Positions 36,076 through 48,700 of a stretch of 64,000 nt of DNA are shown here, in pieces. Source of the DNA: Hydrolagus colliei (taxonomy: Eukaryota). The stretch lies in NCBI GenBank assembly GCA_035084275.1, contig CM068769.1:1488001-1552000 (forward strand), given 5' to 3'. Position numbers and translations under genes: made by a program. Numbering within the stretch: position 1 is the stretch's first letter; each line of letters begins with the position of its first letter. The notes under the pieces were generated by a model. The model had not been told where the DNA came from and searched no databases. It worked only from the letters and a program-made list of their open reading frames with translations.

Positions 36076-36251
36076 ATGTATTTAATGCCCGGAGTGATAA
36101 GAGAGTGATGATGCTGCAGTTGCAAATGTTGGTCGGGAAGCAGTGAGATGCTGTGAGGAGGGCTGAACAGTAAATTACTTACACAAGTTCCCATACACCG
36201 TGAAGGAGCAGGTCTGCGGTTTATGTGTAACAAGGTTTTCTATGTCATTAA

Positions 36252-36291
36252 GCGTCATTTGCTCTGCTCTGCCATCTCGCTCCTCCATTGG
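36252..36291 (-). promoter_or_regulatory. Family A V promoter module (half-CRE + CCAAT), also at 48884-48923 and 53717-53756
   Basis: GCGTCA (TGACGC on minus) plus conserved CTGCTCTGCCATCTCGCT(C/T)C(T/A)CCATTGG, 150-200 nt upstream of three paralogous leader ATGs. Confidence 0.5.
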
Positions 36292-38225
36292 TTCTCCACC
36301 AACCCTGACATGTCTTTGATCAACCAGGTGTCTGACACATGCACCAACTTACTCCAATAATCCTGTTACAATTCGTCCAAACACATATATGATATTAACG
36401 CAATTGTACTTCCTGCGGATTCCTATATCTTAGTGGTGTCAACACCCACCCCACAAGCAACGTGTCTGTGTTAGATTATTGCAGGGCGAATTCTTAGATA
36501 AGTTTCCTATCTCTACCCACACAATTCTATTTGCACTGCAATCAGTAGCATTTCGATTATTTCTCGATTGATCTGGTTGTGTTTCATTGTTAATAATCAT
36601 TCATAAAATAAGCTATTGAATACAACACTGTTTGTGTGACATTTCTGTGCAGATTTGGTAGCCTGGTTTCGCCTGCAAATCGCCGAGTCACAATATTTTA
36701 CAATATAGTATGAAGCGATTAGTGATGTCTCAAGTTGTACATGGTATTCAGTGGAATACACTGAGTGTATACACAAGGCTAGATAGTGAAGTAATCTGTG
36801 ATGGTTTCACATTCCCTGGGACAGCTGGCGATTTGGTAAAGAGGTGAAACAATCCTTTGGGTGTGAGTTTGGTGGTGGTGGGGGGTTCAAAGCCAACGGG
36901 GAGGAGCCATGTGGCGTCAGCAGTTTCTCAGATGTCTCTGCCCCAGTTAGTTGAACTATCATTCGTGCCCCGTTTCCGCTCCAAGCTTCTGGGTTTGGGC
37001 AATAAACACATTTTTCTAGCATAACTCGTGCGTGCAAGATAGGTTCTGTGTATTTTAATTCGCTGAATTCAGCTTCATATATTAACATCACCATTTGCAA
37101 ACCGTGGCGATGAAGCATTGGGAAAGCCATCCAGATACTTGTGAGTATTCAGATCAAACTGTGTTCTGTATTTATGACTGTATTTGCTAAAGCAGCTTAT
37201 TAAGGAAGAGTCTCTAAGTGTTTGATTTGATGTAACATAAAGTCTACCGATGGTGTATTTTGTACCAGAGAATTCCACATCACATCATATTGTAAATATT
37301 AATGCATAGAATGGCATCCACCAATCGATTATCAACCAGAATCCAACTTGCTTCTCGGCAGAGAAACCCCAATCATGCTAATCATTGCTTTTTATATAGT
37401 GCTTTTGACATCATATTAACGTCCAAAAGCGCTTCTCAGTGTATACCCTTAAGTGAAATGAACACAGAAGTTACTGGGAAACGCAGTAGGTTAGGAACTT
37501 CAATGGAGAAAGGAAAATGAGTCGAGCTTTCGGGTCCACGATGCTTCGGCTGAATTTTGCAGTTGTTTTTGTTTGTATACAGTAAAGTGAATTGACTGCA
37601 TATTTGTGGGCGAAACCCGGCAGCTGATTGAACACAGAAATATCCCTCGAAGCGTCGTCGGTTGCAAATGACCAATATATATTATTTGTCGGCCGGATTA
37701 TTATTGGGCAATTAGGACAAGGAAGTTTGCCCCAGGTTTCTCCGTGTTCAGCCTATTCTCACGCTTGTAAAGTGAGTGTTCTAACCGCAGAGCTCAAGTA
37801 GTAGTTGGAACTAATCACGTCTTCCACATGCTACTAAATCTGTACTGGTTGTACAGTGATGTGGAATGACTGTGTATGTTTCCTGCTGAAAGTAGCAGCC
37901 ACACTTGCACAGCAGTGTCCCACAAACAGTCATCGACTGAAGAGGAACACTTTTTAAAATCAATAATTATTCCCACGAAAGCGATCCGCCATTCGACGAA
38001 AAACTGTATTCCTACTTAATGCTATGTAAATATATGTATGTGTTTGTATGTGTGTGTGTGTGTATGTGTGTGTTTGTGTGTGGAGTAATGTAGCACGTCT
38101 AGTAGGTCGCCATGTGGCGAATGAAACTCAGGTCAGCTTGTTTACGAGGCGAGTGATCTGAATGTTGAACTACAGTAACCTCAGCATGTTTTTGTACAGG
38201 ATCCTCTTAGACACGCAGCGCTGTG

Positions 38226-38682
38226 CTCTCTGCTGCACAGAAGTACGTGGCGGTATCTGTCACTCGCGCGTCTCTCATTGTCAGTGTGCTGTTCTTCTCT
38301 TTGCTATCAGCCAAAGCACTTATCCTCTCATCCGCCTTGATCTCTCTGCTTCCCTTCACCAGCAAATGGATGGAGCCGTTTTCATACTGTTTGTACCATT
38401 GGAAGGCTGGGCTGAGCAGAGTCGTGTTGCAATCGATGGATACATTTTCGTTTTCATTCGCTGTCAGTATCTGAGGCCTCTGTGACACTTCTCTTTCAGC
38501 CAGGACACCTGGGGAAAAGACATCGACATTCTTGGAAACAAATTCGGACAATACCTAGAACAAAACTTGTCATTATTTAGTAGGAAAACAAGGATGCGTT
38601 TATCCAATCTTGCACTCAACTTACAGAAGAGCGAAATCATGAAATTAAAAGTAATATGTGTTGCTTGGCAACTTGGCTTCAT
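38226..38682 (-). CDS. TCR alpha/delta V gene (family B), apparently functional: leader 38625-38682, V exon 38226-38508
   Basis: Leader MKPSCQATHITFNFMISLF+T|GTAAGT. V exon VLAEREVSQRPQ...SIDCNTT...FQWYKQ...DTATYFCAAES. RSS CACAGCG (38225-19), 23 nt, ACAAAAACA. Confidence 0.88.
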
Positions 38683-38829
38683 TCTCAATCCTCGTCGTTT
38701 CATGTCAGAATCTCCGGGTGAAATGCAAGGAGACACCAGCTAACTGATGATATACGTTCATGAATGTTTGTCGAGTGCCGCTAACTGTGTAGTTTGTAAC
38801 TATACTTTGGGTGACGCCTAGACTGACGT

Positions 38830-38851
38830 CTCATTTCCTGTATGTTTGCTT
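38830..38851 (-). promoter_or_regulatory. Family B V promoter ETS-like motif, also at 50474-50495 and 55328-55349
   Basis: CTCA(C/T)TTCC(T/G)G(T/C)ATGTTTGCTT conserved 100-150 nt upstream of three paralogous ATGs; TGACG motifs adjacent in this copy. Confidence 0.45.
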
Positions 38852-39619
38852 GCGTGACATTCATTCCCCAATCGACTACAAGCAGCGTTCGTTTATTCCA
38901 GAAGATAGGAAGTGATTGCACTTTTCAATATAGTCTTGCAATCACTTTGAATCAGTTGAATTACGTAATCTGTTGCTGCATCTCATGCAGCAACAGATTC
39001 ACCCATAATTTATACAGTCAATTCACTTTACATTGTATTCTGTGAAGCGCTTTGGGACGCTGATAAGATGTGGAAAGCGCTATATCAAATGCAAGGATTA
39101 TTATATTATATATTATATAAGCAAACATATCTATTACTGTTCGTAATATTATTATAGGTTCTAATTGGAATGTCTTATCGGAAGAACATTCAAAAGGCAT
39201 TTGATAAAGTGCCACATGAGAGACTTATTATGAAATTAAAGGCCAATGGCGTAAAAGGTACAGTGGCAGCGTGGATCCACAACTGGCTGCGAGACAGAAA
39301 GCAGGGAGTTGTAGTGAGCGGCTGTTTTTCAGATTGGAGGGAAGTGAGCAGTGGTGTGCCACAGGGATCGGTTTTGGGACCATTGCTGTTTGTAATCTGC
39401 ATCAATGATCTGGACTTGGGTGTACGGAGTACAGTTTCCAAGTTTGCAGATGACACTAAGTTAGGGAGAATAGTAAACAGTGAGGAGGATAGTAGCCATC
39501 TGCAAGAGGATATAGACAAATTGGTAAAGTGGGCAGACACATGGCAGATGAAGTGTAATGCAGAGAAGTGTGAGGTGATGCATTTTGGGAGAAGAAATGA
39601 AGGGAGGCAATATAGGCTA

Positions 39620-41710
39620 CAGGGCCGTACGCAGGATTTTTTATTGGGTGGTGCGAATTGCTAGTGATGGGACCAACAATGGCCGGCGGCTTGGGGGCTG
39701 CCCCCGAAGCCCCCTCGAGGCTCCGACGTTTTACACAGTTTGAGGTCTTATTTAATCGGTTCAGAAGATCCAATATGAACGGTAAATGTTTCATGCCCTT
39801 GGTGTTTAAGAGCATCATTATTTATTCAGTGTTTTTATTTTCCCCGTTAGTCCGTGTCTAATTGGGAAGGTAGAATGTGTTCGCCGATGAAAGCCAACAC
39901 GATTGTTGACTCGATGATGTAAGGAATGCGAACGATAAAGTAAATTACAATCCAATTAACACAGTACAATGACGAATGCTTGATAAATGTATGCGTATAG
40001 AGAAAATGATCATAAACTACAGATTGACGGTAATTAATAAGTTGTTCTGCATTGTTATCCTAAGACTAAATTTCTTTCGGACTGTAATGAACAATAATGT
40101 AAGAGTAAAGTATGAATATTGTGCTCAGATATTCCAGCAAAGCAAATTTTATAAAAGACAAGAAAATATACAGAAACTGAAAATCAGTGTCAAACAGTTA
40201 ATTCACACGTGTTACAAGCCTGTTATCAGCATTATCCTGAAAATATCGTTGAACTGTGAGCAATAGTGCAGTTAGTTTTTATTTATTTATTTAGAATCAA
40301 AATTAAAGGAAGTGACCCATCAAGCAATACTGATCTGACGAAAATATACTTGAAAAAATAAGGGAGGGGAAATTCATTATTTAATAGCGTTCCGTATTCG
40401 AGACGCCTCGGTCGCTTTGAAGCGAATACGTCAACCGCTCTACCAATATCGATTTCCATATTATAATGAATGTGCATTAACGCGAGGGCTGAAAGTCGCT
40501 CCTATACGGAGCAGAATGCTGGACACTTAGGCAAACCTCGACCAGGAGATTAGGTGACTCGTGAGGTATATACCAGGCTTCTAAGAGACGCCCTGAACGT
40601 TTACTGGCGACAGCATCTGACAAATAGTGAGCTATATGGTACACTACCACACTGGTATCACAGACATTACTGCAGAGGCGTCTTAGGTTTAGCGGACATA
40701 GCTGGAGAAGCCGGGAGGAAACTGTTCATAGTGCTATGGGCAATGCCAGAGTTCGCTCGATCAGCTTTTTTTATGCCAAATTCGTGCGACATTGATGTTT
40801 TTTCACTCTGGGTACAAAACTGAAAGTGAAATAAAGTAGCACTGTTTATCTTTGCGGTCATATGTTTTTTGCACGCCAGTGGACGTCTCTAAAAGCAATT
40901 TTTAATTACCGGAATACATTTTTAATAATATAAATCAAATGTGATAATCAAGACAAAACAAGAAACGTGATGTTTCAGAAACACGCCTATCAAAACTTAA
41001 GTCATTTTTACTTACATTTGTCAGATTAAAATACGATTTCAGCTTCCACAAAGTGGTGCTACCTTTTTATGTAGTGACTGTATACGGGATGATTTCCGAT
41101 TGACACACCACGTGGAATAGGCGCTAAAGCATAGGTCTACGTCCATGAGTATTTTTTTTAAAGATAGGCATTCCCGTCCAGACACATAAAACTTTTTTGT
41201 TGGGTTCTCAAAAGCTTTAAGTTCTCAGAAGCTTGTAAATATGTTGTCATTGTTTGCTAGCAATACAGTCACACCTCTCAAAACTTGAGTAATTTTTACT
41301 TACGGTGATCAGTTGAAAAGATGATTTAACTTCCAGTAGTGGTGCTACCCTTGTGGCTGTTTACGGGATGATTTCCAAACGAGGATTTGAGTCTTGGCGC
41401 CTATGTTTATCCAATCACGAGTCACAGACTCGCCGCGTCATGGACTGGTCTATCGACGCGGTATGTTTTGGGTAGACGCCGATTCTGGTGTGTGACTCGA
41501 TAATTTTATATTGATACTAAATAATTCAAAGATGCGTGTTTATAATTTATACATAGTTTTGAAGAACTGATTGTTACACAAATGTTCAATAAATTTACTT
41601 GGTATTTAAATTTGATAAAAAATACAATTCTCCACCCCGGAAAATGTGGACCTTTTATAATTTGGGGTGGTGCGTACGCACCCGTCGCACCCCCCCTGCG
41701 TACGGCCTTG
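39620..41710 (-). mobile_element. Non-autonomous hAT-like DNA transposon (2091 bp) with 16-bp TIRs and 5-bp TSD
   Basis: TIRs CAGGGCCGTACGCAGG (39620-35) and CCTGCGTACGGCCTTG (41695-710), one mismatch. GGCTA duplicated at 39615-19 and 41711-15. Internal remnant ERLSALALMHIHYNMEIDIGRAVDVFASKRPRRLEY (~40394-40501, minus) resembles the hAT transposase C-terminal dimerisation region. Confidence 0.82.
40554..40750 (+). mobile_element. RTE-clade LINE fragment inside the hAT element
   Basis: YTRLLRDALNVYWRQHLTNSELYGTLP resembles the RTE post-RT motif YTRMLR..LNV.W..H.TN.ELYG.LP. Confidence 0.55.
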
Positions 41711-43123
41711 GGCTAGATAGTACAATTTTAAATGGTGTAAAGGAACAGAGAGACATGGGGATTTGTGTTAGTGACTCGTTGAAGGTGGCAGGACAGGTAG
41801 ACAAGGCTGTTAAGAAGGCATATGGGATACTAGGCTTTATAAATAGGTGTATAGAGTACAAAAGTCAGGAAGTGCTGACTAACCTCTATAGGACTTTGGT
41901 GAGGCCTCAGCTGGAATACTGTGTTCAATTCTGGTCACCACACTACAGAAAGGATGCGAAGGCATTGGAAAGGGTACAACGAAGATTTACTAGGATGGTG
42001 CCAGGATTGAGGGACTTCAGCTATGAGGAGAGGCTAGATAGGCTAGGGTTATTCTCTCTGGAGCAGAGAAGATTGAGGGGAGACCTAATAGAGGTTTATT
42101 AGATCATGAGGGGTTTCGGCAGGGCAAATAGAGAAAAACTATTTCCACTCGTGGTTGAATCTGTGACTCGTGGTCACAGATTTAAAATAGTTTCAATGCG
42201 CAGTAGAGGGGAGCTGAGGTGAAATTTTTTCACTCAGCGAGTTGTTCGAATCTGGAATGCGTTGCCTGAAAAGGTGGTGGAGGCTGATTCGATAACAACT
42301 TTTAAAAGGGAATTAGATCTTTATTTAGGGAGAACGGGTCTATTAGGCTATGGGGAGCGGGCAGGGCAGTGAGATTGAATCGCTCTTTTCAAAGATCCGG
42401 CACAGACTAGATGGGCCGAATGGCCTCCTTTTGTGCCGTAAAATTCTATGATTCTATGATTCTATGAACTGTCCATATATGTATTTATTTAGCTATAAAA
42501 GTTACTTCCATGCATTATTATGTCAAGTCATTGAAGCGTCTCATAGGTCGACATAGATGTTACTCCCGAGGGCAGACACAGAATATTTGGCAAACTCAGT
42601 ATTTAATTTGTGTAACACAATGTCCCACGATCACATGTGAAGTGACCGCACAATTGTGCTGGTACAATGTGTGCCAAAGCACCAGTAGAAACTCTGTTCA
42701 CCCTGGAGCAAATCATTATTGCTTCTTGCTTCAAGTCACGTGAAACTCCCTTTCGTGTCTCCATAGATTGACAGCTTCTCCGACACTGCAACCACCGCCA
42801 GGACAAGCGACCCACTAACTGGCTAACAGACAGGTTACAATGTACTGCTGTAACCTGCTGTAAACGTGTATTTTTATGCCGAGTATGGGACCATGCATAA
42901 GGATTTGGGACTCGGACTGAGAATCCAACTCAGGTCCACACGGTTGCAAGGTGAATACTCAATCCACTGTCATGCTGGGCTCCTCAGACCCTGCACAACA
43001 TCCCCTCTGTTTACTCTTGTAATCGCATAAAATTACTGAAAGCGCCAAGTTCAATGTGTGAGAGGAACTCATGACTATCTAGTGAGTGTTTGTACGAGGA
43101 CTCTGCCCTTCTGTAACAGTGTG

Positions 43124-43421
43124 GGCTCCACGGCACAGAGATACACGGCGCTGTCACTCACAACCACCCTGAGAATCTGCAAGTTAATTAGTTTCTTCCC
43201 CTTGTTCACCTCGGCAGTGAAACGGTCAGCAATTCCAATAGCTTTATCTACCTTTCCCGAGGCATATATCCTGAGGACATACTGAAGAGCTCCATCGGGA
43301 TATTGCCTGTAGCAGAAGATAATGTCTATGCTTGAAACGTTCATTCTGATTGTCACGTTTTGTCCTTCAAGTTCTGTTATCTCAGGGGGGGTCTGGTATA
43401 TGACACGACTCCCATTGGCCA
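43124..43421 (-). pseudogene. TCR V segment, open frame with Cys23->Met and Trp41->Cys; leader not found
   Basis: ttttccag|TG: ANGSRVIYQTPPEITELEGQNVTIRMNVSSIDIIFCYRQYP...DSAVYLCAVEP. RSS CACACTG (43123-17), 23 nt, ACAAACACT. Confidence 0.7.
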
Positions 43422-46306
43422 CTGGAAAAACAATACATTTCTAATTAAAAATATGAGTCAATTCTCTTTACTCTGTATATTATGGAGAGCTTTTGCACGT
43501 CTAAAATGTCAATATGAAACGCAAGAGTTGCTGTTTTTACTGTAAGTTTGCTGGGGAACGCTAAACGATCAATAGTGTTTTGGTGCTGATAGATTTTCAG
43601 TCTGTGTTTGTAAATGTTAGAACTGCTTATAAGTGCGAAGTTGTTCCATTCAACCTTTATCCTTGATTTTCTGTAGCTCGTGAAATAATTCATTAAAAGC
43701 TACTTCCAAGTTAAAAATACAGATCTCTTGGGTTTGTGTGTTTGCATTATCTCGTCTTGTCGCCGTCTCCAATCGCTTCAGTGATCTGAAGCGAATTTAA
43801 GGTATGTTCTGTTGGAGGAAACGTGGCATTCCACTGTGGGTAACCGTATCCCAAAGTCATTTGTGGATTGATCGATCAAACTAATATCAGGTAAATATTA
43901 TTTTTAGAAAGTGATTCGTTAATTAAATAACACCAATGACAACATTAAACCCATGTGCGCAGCATGCATTGGTCATGTCCAAACATACTTACTGGTTAGA
44001 GTGAGAATTACTATCAGTAACTGGCAGTGGGTTGCCATGCTGGCTGCTGAGTTGTGGACAGATAATAGAGTCTCTTCATGTATAAATGGCTGCTTTGCTG
44101 CTTCAGTTGAATGTTGTGAGGCAGCGGTGGGTCTGACGTGTGCAGTGAGCTATTGTCTGCATGTGTAGGCGTTGCCCACCAACCATTGGATCTTGAACTT
44201 GATCCACCGCAACTTAGGACTTCCTCCCGACGTACGACTTTTGCTGCACAGTGGTTAGAGCTGTCTGCTTATAAGCGTGAGACATTTGTCTGAATCTAGG
44301 CACATGAGGGCGAAACCTTGGGCAAGTCTCCTTACTCCACACACACATAACTAATAATATTCCGTTCAAAAATACACAATGATAAAAATGGGTCTTTTCA
44401 AGCCACGACTGTTTGTGAGGACGATGCTTGGTGTGTGCAATTGTCTACTGTGGTTTGCCCACAAATACACAGTCACTTGCTTGGCAGTATATTCTGTGAA
44501 ACGCTTTGAGACGTCGAGAAAATGTGAAAAGCGCTAAATCAAATATAAATATTATTACTTGTAAATATGTAATGTTTTTTTTGCTGCTGTACCGGTGATT
44601 GGAAGCTGATGTATCTGGGAAAAGAATGGAGAGTGCACTTGCAGTTAGCACACAATCAAACTGATATAGATGAACGTAACTCACAAGTGAGCCGACTTGT
44701 GTTTGATTCCCAGGCAGGACGACACTTTGGGCAAATGTTCTTAATCTACACACGCAACTGCGTGTCGCTGACACTGAATCGGATCGTGTAAATTAGTGTA
44801 TTGGTGGATCGCGTTGATGTCGTCATCAACCCTTCAAAGATAATTGATAATAATAATAGTGATTTTGAATTTCCTCCCCTGTCTGTTTTCGGGAACATGT
44901 AGCGTCCGCGGTGTTTCCAACACAAAATATACAGTTACTAATTGATGCAGCAGATCGTGTGTTGTACTATCAATTGTCTTGGTGATGTGATAATACACTA
45001 AATCTAAATCACAAATTATAATTTTTTATAACTCAAGAGTGTAATCTGTAAGCACTTTGAGAAGTGTGGAAGATTCGAAACTGTATTCCCCTTTGTTGGG
45101 AATACATCTAAGCAAATAAGCTGTGAGCTATGATTTCTAACATGAGAAAAATAGGCCAGTATTAAACGTGTTCCCAAATGAACCCAATAAAGAAAAACAG
45201 ATTGCTGTTATCGAAATATAACACCTTGATCAAACCAATAAGTTCCACGGAAGGGCGGATGATTGTTTGTGAGAAGTACAACAAAAAAAAAGGATACATT
45301 GTTCATTAGTCAACCGAAGCCTTGCGTTAATCAGGCTTTAGACAAACCTTTGTACTTTTCAGCTGAGCCAGCTAAATTGTATAGCAGGGAAACAGTATCA
45401 ACTGTAACAGGAAGCACCTGCTGTGGCTGCCAAGTAAGTTGTTTCAGAAAGCAACGTGGGAAGTTATGTCAGTTGCTGCTGATGTTATAGGTGTGTTTAT
45501 ATCCCCATCTGTTGGTTGATTGCAGCTAGAACACGTGTACTGCAGAGACAAATGATTGCAAATTGATTTCTACCCACCATATCTTTCCTGTTCCTATCCT
45601 ATCCTTTGGATATTTACACCTTATTCTCATTTCCCTGCTCGTTTCTCATATTGCCTATGACTTAATGGGACATTCGACTCCAACCTCATTCACATGCTCG
45701 TATTGCGGCATGTCTCTGCTGGTACGTGGCACAGACTATTTAAGTTTTTTCCCTTGCACTTCTCTTGTATTTGGTAATGTTACATTTCGTAACCTTGACA
45801 TTAAGAATTTACATTACTGAATCATAAGCTTTATATGCATATACATTTGTATTACTTTTATACAGCGACTCTCGCATTGATGTCTCAAGGTGCTTTTCGC
45901 TAGAGGAAAAGTGATAACTAATCTGGGTACTTGTTAAATATAACCCTCTCTTCCCACTGTCCCATGGAACAACATTTATGGTGGTTGAAGGTGTGTTTTG
46001 CTTAAGCGTTGATTTAGTTTGTTCTAACTGCACACCCAGAAATCGGTTCAGCTGTATGTTCGGCCGGATAAGTCGAGTTTTCTAACTACTGAGCTACAGG
46101 AGCTAATTATAATCGCATCAAAAGAGGGTTCACATTTACAGCAAGTTAATCAGAGATGTGTGGATTAAGGAAACTTGCCTAACTACAAACACTTGTAATT
46201 AAATAGCGCCTTCTACGCATCTTAGAAAGATTCTCCCTCAAAAGGAATCGAACCCTGTTCCTACCGAGTTAAGTGCTGCAACCAATATGGCACATAACGC
46301 CACAAG

Positions 46307-46639
46307 GGTTTTTGTACGGGTGTCTCGGTGATGCCTTCGCTGTGGGCCTCATTGCACAAACATGGGCAGCGGTGTCGCTGAGCTGGAGGTTGTCGATCTT
46401 GAACTGGAAATATTTCTTAGAGGAATCCATCAGGGCAGAGAAGCGTTCCTAACTGATATTCTTCCCGTAGGAATGCCTTTGGATGAGGAAAGCGGGCCCT
46501 TCACTGCGGCGCTGGCGGTAAAGCAGCACTGAGATGCTGTCACTAGTCGTGGAGACATTACAGCTGATAGTCAGTGAGGCGCCTTCGAAACGCCAGGCTG
46601 CTTTCGGGCTCTGCCTCACCGAATCTCCATCACGGATTC
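46307..46639 (-). pseudogene. TCR V pseudogene (premature stop), V exon 46345-46639
   Basis: GIRDGDSVRQSP...LTISCNV...VLLYRQ (W41L)...NIS*ERFSA...DTAAHVCAMR; TAG at 46449-51. RSS CACAGCG, 22 nt, ACAAAAACC. Confidence 0.85.
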
Positions 46640-47869
46640 CTACAGGAAACAATTGTGTAATTCAGTGTTGAAACGATCAATACTAAGTTAGAAAACAAAT
46701 GCTATTATGGGCCACATTTCATAGAGTATATGTAATTCCTGTAGCTCACAGGTTGGAGCACTCGCCTTACAAACGTGAGACCTTTGTTCACATGCAGGCA
46801 GATCAGGAAGAGACTTTGGGCGAGTTTCCTTACTCCACATGCGCGACCAATAATAATCCCTCCGAAAAAACACAATATTGTGAGGAAATCTGGTCATTTG
46901 CAACGCACGACTGTTTGTGGGAACGCTGCTGTGTGCAATTGGCTGCCACGTTTCGCCACCAACTATACAGTCAATTCACTTTAATGTATAATCTGTGAAG
47001 CGCTTCGAGCCGCCGATAAGATGTGAAAAGCGCTACATCAAATCAACGGATATAATTACTGTATACTATGACACACTTTGAGACGCTTTTAGAATGTCTT
47101 CACCCACGGGGATATTTTGTTCTACAAGATGAATGTCTGTAAGAATTTGTCAGTCATTTGAAAATTAAATTGCATCGTCCTTCAAATGAAAACGTCTACT
47201 AATAATCATCCTTAAAATTTCTATAGCGCTTTGCACGTTTTCTAGACGTCATTAAGCGCTTCACAGAATATATTTTAAAGTGAATTAACTGCAGATTTGT
47301 GGGTGAAAGTTGACAGCGAATTGTGCCCAGCAATTTTAAAGTGAGCAGGGTTAAAGGAGACTCTGTTTAGAGATGACCCGTGGTACTAGCGTTGACTCGA
47401 TGGATGTCGGTAATGATATCTAGATTAATTAACCATGTAGTGAGAATGCGATGGCTGCGGAGAGCAAATATCCCAACTGCATTGCGTTCAGACACCACAA
47501 TCAGCGTTTATGTCTCTGCTACTCTTGACACCGTGTGACACTGATGCCAAAGGTATAGCTGAGAATCTTTTGTGATGTTGTCTCTTATCTGTGCGTCACT
47601 ATATCGTACCTCGAGCTGCTGTGGGCGTGCAGGACTGCTCCATTCAGATTCAGGCTTAATCGTGTACATTTGCTCCTGAGTATACACACCCACAAATTAC
47701 ACAGTCAATTCACTTTACAGTATAGTCATTGAGAAATATTAATGGAAAGGCGATTGATCAGATGGAAGCATCATTATAATAACGAATTATTTCATCATCA
47801 AACGCTCTCGCCTTCAGTCTACATTACAAACTTGAAACTTTATATGATCTTATCTTCATTGTAATATTT

Positions 47870-48700
47870 GTGCGTGTTCCTGTTTGATGTGCTGAGGGTG
47901 TATTCTGGGGGTTTGTAGGGGTATTGGCGGTAGCAAACCAAATATGGATCTTCGCTGATTTTCACTGTATAATTGCACTGCAGATACACATTCTCCCCTT
48001 CATTCACTGTCACAGTCGCTGTGAGCTGTGTCACCGAGTCTCCTCCACAATGCCCTGGGAAACACAAACACATCAGCTTTTAATGCAATAATAACATAAA
48101 CATACTTGTGTTTGATATAGCATCGTATAGAGTGATCGTGCCATCTCCAAGCGTTTCACTGACTATATATTGACTCCATTTTGTGGGTGAAAGCGGCAGG
48201 CAGTTGAGTGCATCTTTCCAGCACAAACAGTCATGGAATAATAATGATAATCCTTGCATTTAGTGTGGCGCTTTTCACTTCTTGGAGTCGTCTCAAAGCG
48301 ATTCCCAGTGTATACTGTGAAGTGTATTGACTATATTTTCTTCAGTAGCTGCATTTTGCAAGAGATCAATAGCGTAGTAAAGTGATCTGCCAATCGACTA
48401 AAAGATCGTGTACCTACTCACTGCTCGGTAAGCAGATATATCTGTGGGTCTGTGGAAAATGTACACTTGTAGTTTCGCCCAATCCCACCGGGAATCGAAC
48501 TCAGATCCTTCAGCATGCGAGGCGAGTGTTCTAACCACTAGCTGTGGGACACCACTTATACACAAGTGGTATAGTATGTTGGTTATTCCATGCAACAAAA
48601 CTTTGGCTTTGAAGAACATATAAAGGAATTGCATCCATATGGAGTAGGTGTTTGGCTTACCTGCGAAGGTAATGATGGCGGCTGCCACATATGTGTACAT
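47870..48700 (-). pseudogene. 3'-truncated TCR V (family A): leader 48661-48700, partial V exon ~47870-48054
   Basis: Leader MYTYVAAAIITFA+G|GTAAG. GHCGGDSVTQLT...YLQCNY...YLVCYRQYP (W41C)...TLSTSNR, then similarity stops; no FR3 or RSS. Confidence 0.78.

Larger units (their letters stand above)
39188..42466 (+). mobile_element. 5'-truncated CR1 LINE, split by a DNA transposon
   Basis: RT motifs QKAFDKVPHERL, GVPQGSVLGPLLF, SKFADDTKL in 39188-39619. Resumes in frame at 41716 (QYRL|DSTILNG) with YRTLVRPQLEYC and LEQRRLRGDLIEVY; ends in (ATTCTATG)3. Confidence 0.9.

Noticed and set aside
39620-41710. RAG/Transib-type transposon (5-bp TSD inside an antigen-receptor locus)
   Set aside because: The termini are CAGGG/CAAGG rather than CAC-heptamer-like, there is no nonamer, and the internal remnant is hAT-like.
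47590-47630. RSS for the truncated V at 47.9 kb (CACAGCA)
   Set aside because: No acceptable nonamer at 12 or 23 nt and no YYC-coding sequence in front.
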